Source: a virus. Taken from it: a DNA stretch of 64,000 nt. Positions 38,467 through 50,600 of the stretch are shown here, in pieces (the stretch's first letter is position 1; every line of letters begins with the position of its first letter). A program made the position numbers and the translations under genes. The notes below the pieces were generated by a model that did no database searches, was not told the DNA's origin, and saw nothing but the letters and a program-made list of their open reading frames with translations. The stretch lies in IMG/VR virus record IMGVR_UViG_3300025536_000011; one strand, 5' to 3'.

Positions 38467-41339
38467 ATGATATCCGCGAATACTATTTGTGGCCAGAAAG
38501 TGAGATCCGCAGTCCCAGTTTCTCCTATATAGATAAAATCTGCACCAGGATCTAGGTCTTGTGTATTAAGTCTAGTCTCTTCAAAAATTGTTTGAGTGGC
38601 ATTCAGATCTAACGGAGCTATAGACAGCTTATTAGCGAATGGCGAACTTACATTATTTCCCCTGGCTATGGCAATAATCTCTCCATCAACATATGTGAAT
38701 CCTGTGATTTGTCTAGCAGATCCACCTATAGCAACATTACCAAAATGTTTTCCATCGAAATCGCTTTGAATACTACCAACAATCAAACTACCTACTGAAC
38801 CAACAAATGTTCCTAAAGTAAAATTACCTTGTATAATTGATCCAACAGTATCAGAATCAATAGCTTCGACAGAGATAATTGGATCAGTCTCTCCGGGGGT
38901 AAACGTCATTATTTGAGTGTCTGGAGTAATATAATCAATAGCCGGAGCAATTAGACCAGCTATCGTATTTGCCGCTACGGCAGGATGTGTACCTGGAGTA
39001 ATTTGAGTACCAAGTCCAAATTGGAATCCTCCTGCGTCTGGTGTCGTTGCTCGTGTCCATAAATCTTCTCTTGTTAATGGGGGAAATCCGCCAGAATCTA
39101 AAAATCCAAAAGTGCTAGCCCCTTGTGTCCCTCTACCGCACATTAAACCATCGTCTGTTCTCTCAGAGAGAGATAGGCCAGGACTCCACGAGAGCATAGT
39201 GTAGTAACTTGGGACCGAATAACCGACAGGAATTCTTCCAATTGCCGGACCAATACCTACTAAAATATTAAATAAGTTACCATTCTGGGATCGGGGATTA
39301 AATTTCGGTAACGCACTGGTAACGTCATTAGTAAAGTTGGTAGAATCACCTACAAGAGTTGCCTTACCAGTACCTATATTTTGTAGTGATGGTATACCCC
39401 AAAGTCCATGTGCCTTTAAATCGCTAAAATGTGTTATTGATGACTCTCCGGCGTCATAACTTTCAAATACAAAAGTGGTAAAATCTGTAACGAGATTAAC
39501 GCTTCCATTTTTAACTGATATACCACCAACAATATTGGACTCGTCTAAAGGAGCCGGACTAGCTGGCGTTCTTGTGCCGAAAATGTGATAATATCCTGCT
39601 GAATGACATCCAAATGAAGTTGCGGCCGTGATCCCTGCTACTCCGCCCCAACTAGTACCATAAGTATATAATCTATATTGTGGGACAACTGTTGCTATAC
39701 GACTAGCAGCATCAAAAGATATATCTCTGTCATACTCTCTTAAAACGTCTTGTTCTATGACAATAGGATTAATATCTGCAAATTTATATGCCAAGCGTTG
39801 ACCATTATATGGAGATATTAGTACCATACCCTGAGAATCTTGTACATGGCGTACCCATATAGCTTTATCCATAATATGATAGCCTTGTCCACTGCCACCG
39901 TTATAAGCTCCTGGGGATGGCCAAATACTAATGAGCCCCGAAGGAGCTATACCGTCTCTTAAAACGCCGCTCGCATCTATTGTCCCGGCTATATTATTAT
40001 TAGCTACTACTGCTAATCTTTTTACATTACGAACTTCTCCAAAACGAGGGGTAATATAGTTAAAGTTATTTAACGTAGGTATCTCATACCAAGCTCTACT
40101 TGAATGATCAGCATTAATAATTTTTTGTGTTGGTAGTAATGGAATACCTCCAGCTATATTCCGTACAGGTTCTCCAGAATGAGAGGGATACCCAATCGAC
40201 GTAGCTGGAAAACGATATATATTAATGCCAACGTTTGGCGTTCTCTTATTAACAGTCCTTCCAAATTCCCTAGCACCACTCTGAAGGATATGTGTACTAG
40301 TGCCTAATATATTATATAATTCATCATCAATTAGAGCCAAATTATTAGGAGATGTTTTTCTATTAATATTCTCAATAACCTTTAGATCAACTAATCCAGA
40401 TACTAAAATATGCCCATCAATTCTAATAGTTTTTGTATTTTTAGCGTGAGCCCACCCAGATAAGGCAATAGTAAAATTACTACTATCTGTAATAATATCT
40501 TGATCTATCTCGGTAGGTATTAACGTAAACCCCTCTGGTGTTTGGAACGGTGGATAAACTGGGCCAAACTGACTTAACCGAGCATAGATTCTAGTATTTT
40601 CTGCTAATTGTGTGGAGGTGTCGAATCTTTGATCCCTAATATTATTAGTAAGATTCACAACTTCCTTGCTTGCAATTCTAGGATACGGACTATAAAATAC
40701 CTCTGCCCAACTAATGTCAAACATAGCTCCACTTGAGGCTAAAATATTAGACGGATAGTTATATTCCCCAATAACGCCACTTACTGTGTCTCTAAACATA
40801 GAGCGTAACCAATCACGCAGTAAGAAATTGTTATCCCAATTAATTTGGGCTCCGGTATTAATATTGAGAGAGAAATCATTATATTCATTAGACATAGATG
40901 TAAATAGAGCATTAAGTCCATCTCTTAAATCTTTAATATAACCAGATGTGTGTATTTGAGCTACCCCAGAGGTTGCATCAGACGGCAATCTAATATTTGA
41001 TACTTGTGAAAAATTAAACTCTTCGGTATTGCTTTCGGCAGTAAAAGCGAATCCACTAGGATCTGGTTCACGAATATTACGAACAATCCCATAAGTGTCA
41101 TTAATATAAGCTTTGATAGTTGGGACTGTACTAAATCTATCAAACAGTCTAATCTGAGCTAAAAGTGCGTGCCAGGCATTACCCATGTGTATGCCACTAA
41201 TAGCTGGTAGAGTTATTAAAAATCTATTAGTATATGGGTCTTTTAAATTTATAATACCAGAGGAGTTTTCATTATCTCGTATTCTAAATGGAAAAGGATT
41301 AGCATAATCATATGGATAAATCCCAGAGGTAACAGTCAT
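38463..41339 (-). CDS. Putative tail/virion protein (958 aa)
   Basis: Last gene of the tail module, beta-rich and SG-rich. Its stop overlaps the NAMPT stop convergently (TTAA). Confidence 0.6.
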   Translation of the reverse strand: MTVTSGIYPYDYANPFPFRIRDNENSSGIINLKDPYTNRFLITLPAISGIHMGNAWHALLAQIRLFDRFSTVPTIKAYINDTYGIVRNIREPDPSGFAFTAESNTEEFNFSQVSNIRLPSDATSGVAQIHTSGYIKDLRDGLNALFTSMSNEYNDFSLNINTGAQINWDNNFLLRDWLRSMFRDTVSGVIGEYNYPSNILASSGAMFDISWAEVFYSPYPRIASKEVVNLTNNIRDQRFDTSTQLAENTRIYARLSQFGPVYPPFQTPEGFTLIPTEIDQDIITDSSNFTIALSGWAHAKNTKTIRIDGHILVSGLVDLKVIENINRKTSPNNLALIDDELYNILGTSTHILQSGAREFGRTVNKRTPNVGINIYRFPATSIGYPSHSGEPVRNIAGGIPLLPTQKIINADHSSRAWYEIPTLNNFNYITPRFGEVRNVKRLAVVANNNIAGTIDASGVLRDGIAPSGLISIWPSPGAYNGGSGQGYHIMDKAIWVRHVQDSQGMVLISPYNGQRLAYKFADINPIVIEQDVLREYDRDISFDAASRIATVVPQYRLYTYGTSWGGVAGITAATSFGCHSAGYYHIFGTRTPASPAPLDESNIVGGISVKNGSVNLVTDFTTFVFESYDAGESSITHFSDLKAHGLWGIPSLQNIGTGKATLVGDSTNFTNDVTSALPKFNPRSQNGNLFNILVGIGPAIGRIPVGYSVPSYYTMLSWSPGLSLSERTDDGLMCGRGTQGASTFGFLDSGGFPPLTREDLWTRATTPDAGGFQFGLGTQITPGTHPAVAANTIAGLIAPAIDYITPDTQIMTFTPGETDPIISVEAIDSDTVGSIIQGNFTLGTFVGSVGSLIVGSIQSDFDGKHFGNVAIGGSARQITGFTYVDGEIIAIARGNNVSSPFANKLSIAPLDLNATQTIFEETRLNTQDLDPGADFIYIGETGTADLTFWPQIVFADII

Positions 41340-41340
41340 G

Positions 41341-44300
41341 TTATTGTCCTATGAATGCCTGTCTTGCTATAAAGATAAGATTACCTTGGTCAATGGTTGT
41401 AACGGCCAATCCCTGATCTCCTATTCTGGCGAATTGAGGGAATGGGAATACAACACCGCTAACAAAATTATTGACTGGATCAAGGGTTTTATTCAGTTGT
41501 TTACACAAGGCAAATGCACCAGAGGTACCAGGATTCATAATATCTATAATCTGGATTGGCAACCCATTAGAGGTTGTTGTACCATTAATAAAAATTCCAT
41601 CAAAACTCGGACCAGGAGATATGGCTGCATCTCCTTGTGCGGCTAATGTGGTACGATCTCCAATCTGTACCATTCCATTTAATACAGAAAGTCCTTTTAA
41701 AGCTCTCGTAACACCATTTAATGCAGCCGTAGGATCTATAATAGTGACATCATATTTAGTAGCATCATCTACATTATTCTGTTCAACTTGAACAATAGTC
41801 CCATTACCGAAAGGTCTACCGCCCGTAAAATATCTAAAAATCACAGTACCACCACCGCCCTCAAATTCATCTGTATTATATATGGCGGCATCACCAATAT
41901 TTAAGAATCCATCAATACATACTGCACCTTCTGTAAAATCTGGATTACTAGACGAGAATTGTGGGGGTTTTGTATATAAGTTAGCATCTTCGCCAAAATA
42001 TCTTTCGGGTAGCGGTGTGCCAACACTCCCTAAAGTGAAGACATTGTTCACCTCGGTGATTTCAACACGTACTGCTCTCTTCTCTGTATCAAAAAAGATA
42101 GGTGGAAGTTCTGGACTTCCAGGTAATGATGGATCTCTTGAGTCTGGGGGGATAGGATTAGCTAAACTTAAAAAGCTAAAATCAATAGGATTAATAATGC
42201 CATTGAGGATAGCTCTACTGCGTTCGCCAAGCGGAGCCTCGCGTCCAAACTTAGGAAAATATGATTGTATTTTATAACGGGTATTGAATCCATCAAATCC
42301 AAACCCTATATTTAATTCGTTTACGCCATGTGTTACCTGGCCAAATAATCCTGACGCTCCAACGGACTGATCGGCGAAACTATCAAATGATAGTAATGGC
42401 AATCCAACCTGTACAAAATCTGCATATCGAGAAGTGTTTCTAGGCACAATTTTCCCTATAACTCGACGCATAGCACGCTCTGTCATAACGTCTAATGAAG
42501 TTTGATTTCCAATTGGGAAATAAGTCCATGGTACAAATTGATCATCTAACTGAACAAATTCATCATTTTCAGAAATCTCACCCTGTACCCAGGTAGTCGG
42601 ATAATTTTGACCATACCGTAAACGAGATTCAATAGGGATGGCCACTCCGCTTAGTGTTTGATATGCATTTAAAACTATAGCAGGATTCAAAATATCCCTT
42701 AATCCAGAGCCATCTAACTTTGTTCTAACTGTTAGTAACGTAGCTAAGTTAGCAATTACCTGATCTTCTAATAGTCCGCTAGCAGGACCGGCATTAATAG
42801 GTAATTGACACAGTAGCGTGCCCTCTGGAAAAGCCTCAAACGAGAAAAGGTCATCACTTCTGGGATTGATAACACGTTGACCAACTTCTACTAATGTGAC
42901 TGGTATATAATGTCTCCCATCCCCAGATGGATTAAATGGCGGAGCGTCCTCTGTCCAATTCCCAAAACTAGCTGGAACATCATCTCCTTGCGGACCATAC
43001 ACAGTATCTTGTGGTAACACGCAATGTGCGATAACTCTAAAATCATCTGCAACAAAAGGACTTATCGGGCCTAGCTGTCTATTAATTTCATAATTATTGG
43101 TAAATGGACCATTCACACTGCCGGACTGCGAAAGATTAGCTCCTTGTAATTGATTCTCAACATTGGCCCAAGCACTATCAATTAATCTTAATAGTCCAGA
43201 AGCCTGATTATATAAAATACCTTCAGCGACATAAGATCTGCCATAATGGCGGGACGCATGATCTCTGACGCGGTTATAGAAATCTATAACCCAATTATGT
43301 TCCTCATCCCTTCTATTAGAGATGATTCTAATACCAGATATTCCAGCACCAGTAGCCTCACCAGCTAGCGGCATTAAGGGATCTAATCTACTTTGGAATG
43401 CTGGATTTTGTGCTGCGACGGACCCCGCGTCCCCATCTAGTCCGTAACCGGGGGGACTACCATTTGGATCTGAAGTTTGGTATATCTTGAAGTAAGTCCA
43501 TTGTTCTATGCCAGCCAGAGCTAATTGTAATTCTTTTTCAGTTGGTGTATACACCCTGTAAAAGCCATCAGGATCATAAAATCCAATACTAATTAAATCC
43601 CACGCCTTAGTAAAGGTGATATTATTGTCCAATGCGGTTGTGTCTACTCCGTCTATGGGGCTTAATAATGGAGAATTGATTATTCCCTCTTGGTGTCCTC
43701 CTAGAAGTCTAAATCTAGTTGACTCTTGAATAAGATCGGAACCAAACCCTATTTGTTTTGTCTCATTGAGACCGCTCAGACTTCCAAATTGGGATACTAA
43801 ATCAAGAATACCGGCCTCACTAATATCAAATGGCAATTTCTTATTAATAAGATTAACTAGGTTGCCATCCATATTCCAATACCAGTCGAAACCAGTATCT
43901 TGGAGCACTCTTGTTAACACCTCATCCAATGGATCTAAATTAAATATAAATCTAATTGCCTCAATCGTACCGCCAATATTAAGCTCAAGCTGTTCAACAG
44001 TAGGTAATATTGAAATTGGAAATGCACTCAGCCCCTCATTAAAAGATAAATCAATGGCTTCTAAAATTTGCGAATAAGTAGCTCCATGCTCTAAAATCCT
44101 CTTATACTCTTTGATATTCGGATCTAAAGGGTCACCATTAATATCTATAAGTCCATTTAATTTACGGAATGCTCTTGCGACAGAAACTACGCCACTTGGG
44201 ACGCTTTCGCCGAGGTCTTCGGTATGAATTTTTACCCTTGTAAGATTTTTTCTATTATCTTGTACATTAAGTGTAACAATAGTACCGCCGTCTGTTACTG

Positions 44301-44598
44301 TGTAGTCAGAATGGGAGATTTTTCCACGAATAAAAAACTCACCAATAAATAATTCAAAATGATGTCCTATAGGAGGTAATTGCCCCGAAGCTCCATGAAA
44401 TGACGCCGCGTTACCGAATGGGATAAATTCTAACTGGAAATTATGTTGTGTAAGATTAAATCCAAAAGTAGCATTTAATGATGCAAGGAACGCTCCTAAA
44501 TCACTTCCTGGGACACCGGAACCAAAAAGCCCAGAAGGAAACATAACACCGTTATTTGGTACTCCGGCTCCACTTGTCGCAATATAATGATTAGACAT
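41341..44598 (-). CDS. Putative tail/baseplate hub-like protein (1085 aa)
   Basis: Lies downstream of the tape measure. The N-terminal pattern (LNATFGF, FIRGKI, LNVQD.R, FDWYWN) resembles phage tail hub proteins. Confidence 0.55.
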   Translation of the reverse strand: MSNHYIATSGAGVPNNGVMFPSGLFGSGVPGSDLGAFLASLNATFGFNLTQHNFQLEFIPFGNAASFHGASGQLPPIGHHFELFIGEFFIRGKISHSDYTVTDGGTIVTLNVQDNRKNLTRVKIHTEDLGESVPSGVVSVARAFRKLNGLIDINGDPLDPNIKEYKRILEHGATYSQILEAIDLSFNEGLSAFPISILPTVEQLELNIGGTIEAIRFIFNLDPLDEVLTRVLQDTGFDWYWNMDGNLVNLINKKLPFDISEAGILDLVSQFGSLSGLNETKQIGFGSDLIQESTRFRLLGGHQEGIINSPLLSPIDGVDTTALDNNITFTKAWDLISIGFYDPDGFYRVYTPTEKELQLALAGIEQWTYFKIYQTSDPNGSPPGYGLDGDAGSVAAQNPAFQSRLDPLMPLAGEATGAGISGIRIISNRRDEEHNWVIDFYNRVRDHASRHYGRSYVAEGILYNQASGLLRLIDSAWANVENQLQGANLSQSGSVNGPFTNNYEINRQLGPISPFVADDFRVIAHCVLPQDTVYGPQGDDVPASFGNWTEDAPPFNPSGDGRHYIPVTLVEVGQRVINPRSDDLFSFEAFPEGTLLCQLPINAGPASGLLEDQVIANLATLLTVRTKLDGSGLRDILNPAIVLNAYQTLSGVAIPIESRLRYGQNYPTTWVQGEISENDEFVQLDDQFVPWTYFPIGNQTSLDVMTERAMRRVIGKIVPRNTSRYADFVQVGLPLLSFDSFADQSVGASGLFGQVTHGVNELNIGFGFDGFNTRYKIQSYFPKFGREAPLGERSRAILNGIINPIDFSFLSLANPIPPDSRDPSLPGSPELPPIFFDTEKRAVRVEITEVNNVFTLGSVGTPLPERYFGEDANLYTKPPQFSSSNPDFTEGAVCIDGFLNIGDAAIYNTDEFEGGGGTVIFRYFTGGRPFGNGTIVQVEQNNVDDATKYDVTIIDPTAALNGVTRALKGLSVLNGMVQIGDRTTLAAQGDAAISPGPSFDGIFINGTTTSNGLPIQIIDIMNPGTSGAFALCKQLNKTLDPVNNFVSGVVFPFPQFARIGDQGLAVTTIDQGNLIFIARQAFIGQ

Positions 44599-44600
44599 AT

Positions 44601-47600
44601 TTACCTCAAATCAATCCCATCTTCTAATGAATCTGACCATATGACGCCACGACTATCTCTGACAATCCAAATAGGATAATAAAGACCGGGCTCCGTATAT
44701 GTATGTAGGCTATTTAAAGTCGATGTTGCTGTACTATCTCCATAGTTTAATAAGTTGGCCGTAATAGTCACATTACTCGGTATAGACTCGATCCTCTGAG
44801 CAAATTGTACTTGTAATGGAGCCACACCACCCCTAGGTACTCCTGATAGTGTCATTTCTACAGGCGAAATACCAGACGCACAATCTACAACAATTGTATC
44901 AGCATTTCTAATACCAGCAGTATCGGTAACTTCGACAACTACAGTAAAGTATCCAGAATTTGCAAAAGTGTGGAAAGCCGGGAATAGTGCGGTGCCACTC
45001 TCAGAAGAGAGTTCTGGTGGTGTTAAGTCCCCAAATACCCATCTTGCATGACTAATACCTTTACCTTGAAGCCCGGAAGCCCTCGCAATAAAATATTGTC
45101 CAAATGTTGGAGCTAATCCGCTTACTGTCATTGTGGGTATAATAATCTCCACACTTGGCGGGAGTTCCTCTTGGAAGATAACTATTTGTGAGTCAAAATT
45201 AGCAGCACTAGTCTTTTCTATAGTGACGTTAGAGTCAAAATTAGCGACATTAAACGCTCCAACTTTGAAGGTCGCATCAAAGTTCACTACACCAGATAAT
45301 CCTGCATTAAGCCACGCTCCTACTATACCCGAGCCTAATTGAGATACTAATATATATCCACCGATAATACCAGAAGCTTCACCAAGGATACCAGATACGT
45401 ACCCGCCGATATAAGACGATCCATTAGACATGCCTCTTAAATAACCTCCAATAATTCCAGAAATTGGAATCACTCCCTCAATATAGCCGCCAACCACACC
45501 AGAGTTTATACCGAGGCCATGTGTATAACCGCCTATCATACCAACGCCACCGGGCTCTATACCCGATACGTATCCGCCTATGATACCAGAACAAAGCGGA
45601 TTTTCTCCCCACCCATATACAACAATACCCCTAATCTCCTCTGGCGATAGTACTTTATTCATAAAGAATACGTCTGTCAAGATACCTGAGAAGTTAGTAG
45701 ACGACATACGTGGGAAATGTCCGATTACAAAATCACCATTAGCACCATCTGCTAAGATGGCCTGCGTGTCTCCTCCTTGGTGTTTGATCGCATTAATAAG
45801 TATACCGTCTCGATAAAGACGAGATTCTTGTAGACTATTATCAAATACATAGGTTAAATGAGATTCGCAAGTCTCAACAGATGGAGCACTACCATCAACG
45901 TCTTCTGTTGGTGGACTTAGTGGATAATTATTCTGACTTTCTCCCTGCACTTCTAAAATCACATCAGCGGCAGAGCCGCGTGCTCTGAAATGAATTGGCC
46001 CTTGGAAATTAGCTCCTCGTCCTAATATAGAGGTATTAAGTTGAGAGGTGTCTAATATCTTAAACCAACCGCCAAATGAGAAATTAGATCTTTTGTCATC
46101 AAAAATACCATCTTGATCATTATCAGATATATAGACGAAACTTCCAGAAAGTCCGCCAAGACCAAGTGGATCTGAGGCGAACCTATTCCATGGTTTATGA
46201 TTGAATCCATGGTTTCTTAAGTTAATAGTATTTTGTTCAAAAGTATTACCAATACCGCTAGCTACACCAATTAATCTTGGCGGATTAGGATGTGGACTTA
46301 GACTTACCCCTACGCCAGAGACGCTTAGATCAAGATTAGTCGTAGTTGCAAGTAATGATCTGGCTGAATTAATTCTATCTGCCTGTGTATCCTCTTCCAT
46401 TCTGTATAGAAATAATAAATCCTCGTCTGTTTCATTCAGTCGCGGCAATGATATATTAATGCCGCTTAACATAATCCCACGGATTTCGGCAGCACTTAAT
46501 GGTTTTCTCCAGAACGATATTTCTGCAAAATCTGCTATATCCTGCACGCCAGATGATCCGGTGTTATTTTCAAAAGCATTTCCTATAATAAATGCATCAG
46601 ATAATCTTGATGCGGCAAAAACTGCATTAACCCCAGAGACAAACGATCCACTCCCTTGTGGGATACCGTGAGTATAAAAAGTAGTGTATTGATAGTCAAA
46701 CATCGTTTGTGCTGGATTTAATGCATAATCTATAGGTAATTCAGACGAGGCAATACCAGATCCAGTCCTAGTGATCGCTATAAATTGCCAACTATTAAGC
46801 TGTAGAACATTACTAAATGATTCAGTTTTACCAGTACCTCCCCCGTAAAATACTGTAACGTCATCCTGCGTATGAAACACGCCGAATCTCGTTGCAGAAC
46901 TACCCTCCCCAAGCCCTATAATACCGCGTTCGTTGCCATCAAAGGCGTTGCCCCTTGGTCTATACCAAAAACATAATGAAAATTCCCTATGACCGGGGGT
47001 GGACTCCCAATATCCGGCCGCAGTACCAGCCTCAGAACCAAGATAGTCTGTCTTACTATTCGTAATCATGGCTCTTGGCGAGTAAACTATACCAAGTGAT
47101 GTATTAGGGGTGATAGAGACAGGATTAGTATTAATAGATACTGGTAGGCTAAAACTTGCTGTCGGGAGCCCCGACGATGGATGTGCAAATAAATTTGATA
47201 TACGTAATGCACCAACTTCATCTTTATATCCAGCATTATCACTAAAATCTAAAAATTTATGATAAGTAATAAGATTATCTCTGATAAACTCGCTTGACAA
47301 CACTCTTGTTACATTAGGATCATCAACACCAGTAATATACCCTCCGATAACGCCACTTGCTGTTTCGGCGGTTCTAGGAGCAATGCCATCTCTAACAAGA
47401 GCTTTTATTTCAAGGGATGTCAGTGGTCGATTAAAGATCGCCGCATCTTTTATAATACCGCTGAAACCAGTTGTGTCAACAAATGGTAAAGCAGCTTCAT
47501 CAACTATACCGCCTAGAAACAAGAATATGTCATCCGACGATGCCCCATCAATGGGCGGTACAATAGGTCTATATCCTAATAAATGACCGTTAAAATAGTA

Positions 47601-50600
47601 ATAAGCTATATTAGAATCGGCGACCATAGCAATATGCTGTGGGGTATTCATACGATTTTCTCGCGTGCCACCAAACGCTAGGTCTGACCAGAAACCAGGA
47701 TAAAAACCAAGGTCTACTGATCTATCAGTCACAGAATCGCTCAATAACATTCTAATGTTATCTTCTCTATTATTATCGGTACTTGGAGTCATGCCAAAGA
47801 ACCATTCATTATTAATAGAGACCAGCCCATCAACTCCACGACCGAAAATCATACTATTAGTAGGATTCGTGCTATTACGCAGGCTAGTAAGTGTGGGCAT
47901 AACCCAACACGCGACAGTAAATCGTCCGTTAGTCTGTATAGCATCCCATGCCGCTACATCAGTATTACGTAAGGTACTTGTTATAATAGCTGTACCAGGA
48001 GCATTATTATGTTTAAAAAATGCTCCAGAACCAAATGTTCCATCTTTTTGAGCACCGGGAGCGATAATTTCTGGCAATTCGCCATCACCAACAAAAATCA
48101 TGTCATGATTACCAAAACTATTGTCTCTAAAAGTTAACAGATCTTCCTCAACATCATCAAGTCTCCACAATCCTATTAATCCAGCATCTTTAATAGTCAG
48201 AGCAACCCCAGATGATGTAATAGCATCGTAAAATCCTGCATTGCGTGTTATATTTAGTAAACCAGACTGTATAGCCTGCGGTGTCCCAGATCCTAATATG
48301 CCATATATGAAGAATGTTTCAGCTATTGCTCCTTTAAAATAAGGGAGCGTAGGATGAGGGTCTGGAAATGATCCCGGCAATCCAGATAACGATGTGCCCA
48401 AAATAAACATCGGCGTTGTCTGATTGGCGAATATATTACCAGCTCCCACTTTTGCTTTTAACATAGTGGGAATACCATCTATGTATAATATTAAATGATT
48501 AGGAGTTTTTGACAAATTATTGTCGAATGTTACAGCAATATGCGTCCATTTATCGACACTTAAAACATTCCTAGCCCTTAATTCTACGTCGTCATTATTA
48601 ACGCGAGCAACAACTGTATCCCCCTCTTGGTAAAGATTTAATGCAGGTCGCCAGCTTGTTGCTGTAAGGCCGCTACCTATAGCAACAATACCGCGAGTAT
48701 TTGTAATCTCATCTGGTTTGACCCAGATACCAAAGGTTGCCTCCGCAATAGCTAGATTACTTAGTGTTTGTTGTGCTGTGCTAGCATCCCAACCCCTTTG
48801 TACTCCAGAATATCCAAATAATATAGTTTTTTCACGCCACCATGCATCATTGATACCATTAAATACAAGGCCGCTACCCAGAGCACCTCTAGCACCAGCA
48901 ACAAATAACTGTGATCCATAGGGTCTTTTAAATGGAACTAAATTATTACACGTCGCTCGATCTCTTATACTTTCAAGGATTACGCCTCCGTGAGCACTTT
49001 CGTCAGCTTTAAAAGTATAATAATTAATAACCTCGTAGCCTTTCCATTCATCAGCATCTAAGTGAAAACTGGTGTGCATATTAACTGGTCTATCACCGAT
49101 GCCAGAAACAAATCCACCAAAGACTCCAGAGGCAAATCTTTGCTCACCAATGATATAACCGCCAATATTAGCGATTGCACCACTTATACCAGATACTTGA
49201 CCGCCAATAATACCAGACGATTGCCCTAATGCATTAATATACCCACCTATAATACCGGAACCATAATCAGAACCTTGTAAATAACCACCAATAATACCAG
49301 AGGTAGTGCCGGAGGCGGCACCTAAACCATTCATAGATAGGTATAATATTTCACTATCATTTAGTGGTTTATTGAAATATACAACGTCTGCTAGATATGA
49401 ATCGAACGACGCTCTATTAACACCCCATCCCCAAACTCCGGTTTGCGGAACTAAGAAACTTAGGATTCTAGTCTCAACCTGTTGTGGAACATGGAAACCA
49501 CTAGGATCTACACCTTTAGAGTCAATCGGAATACCATTAAGATACGCTTTAATAGTATTATTATTCTTATTATATGACCACGCTAAATGTTGCCAGGAAT
49601 CAATGTGTCCGCCATCAAATGCACCATTTTTAAATAATTCTACAACATCATTTGGATTACTATCAGTGGCAGTTCTTATTAAACCACAACGAATAACATT
49701 AGCTGTAGTGCTCGTATTATCATATGGCATACTACCATTACGAGATAACAACATCTTAATAGAATTTGAGTCATCAATAATAATAGCCCACGAAGAATCA
49801 TTAAAAGCGGTATCATTAATTGCATCTGGTACATTCCCATACCCCATAATAAATTGGGCGTCTGTAGCAGCAACAGCGGCTCTCTGAGCAAACCAAAAAC
49901 CGACAGTAAACCCTTCGTTTGGGGTATTAAAAGCCGCACCTGACGCTGCAAATGGAGTAATAGCATCACCGACTACGAAAGACTTAGCGGCGTAAGAAAT
50001 ACCACTAGCTCTAAATCTTAGCGGCGAGTCTTTTAGTGGGCCAGGAGTATACCTTAAATTATGGGCAGCATTGGATTGACTTGCAAATAAATTCTTTTCT
50101 GCCACCTCTCTAGCAAGGTGTCTCAGATTATTACCCTGACCAGTTACATCTAACGTACCAGAAGCATCTCCAGAAAATCGCCAATTGGCTATTAATCCTT
50201 CACGTAAAATGTCTGTACGTCGCTGTGCTGGTGCGTTTATATATCCTGGTAAATTAACATTATTTGTAATACCGGAAGCTGCTAAATGTAATATATCGTC
50301 ATTTGAAAAAGAGCCAATTAAAACAGCAACATTCCTTAGAGATATTTGACCAAGACCGCCAAATAAAGTCTTATGCGTGCTAAATGTATCAGATGCCGCC
50401 CGGCCACCAAATTGTAAAATCCATGGTTGATGATCAACGTCACTATAATAACGACCCAACGCATTAGTAATCGTTCTAGTTTGAATTCTCTGGCCACTAA
50501 CATAAATACTAAATTCAATAGGTTGAGTTGCTGCTGTAGTTAGGGTGTTTGGAAACAAAGAACGAGCACGTAATAATACTCTGTTCGGTAAACCATAAAC

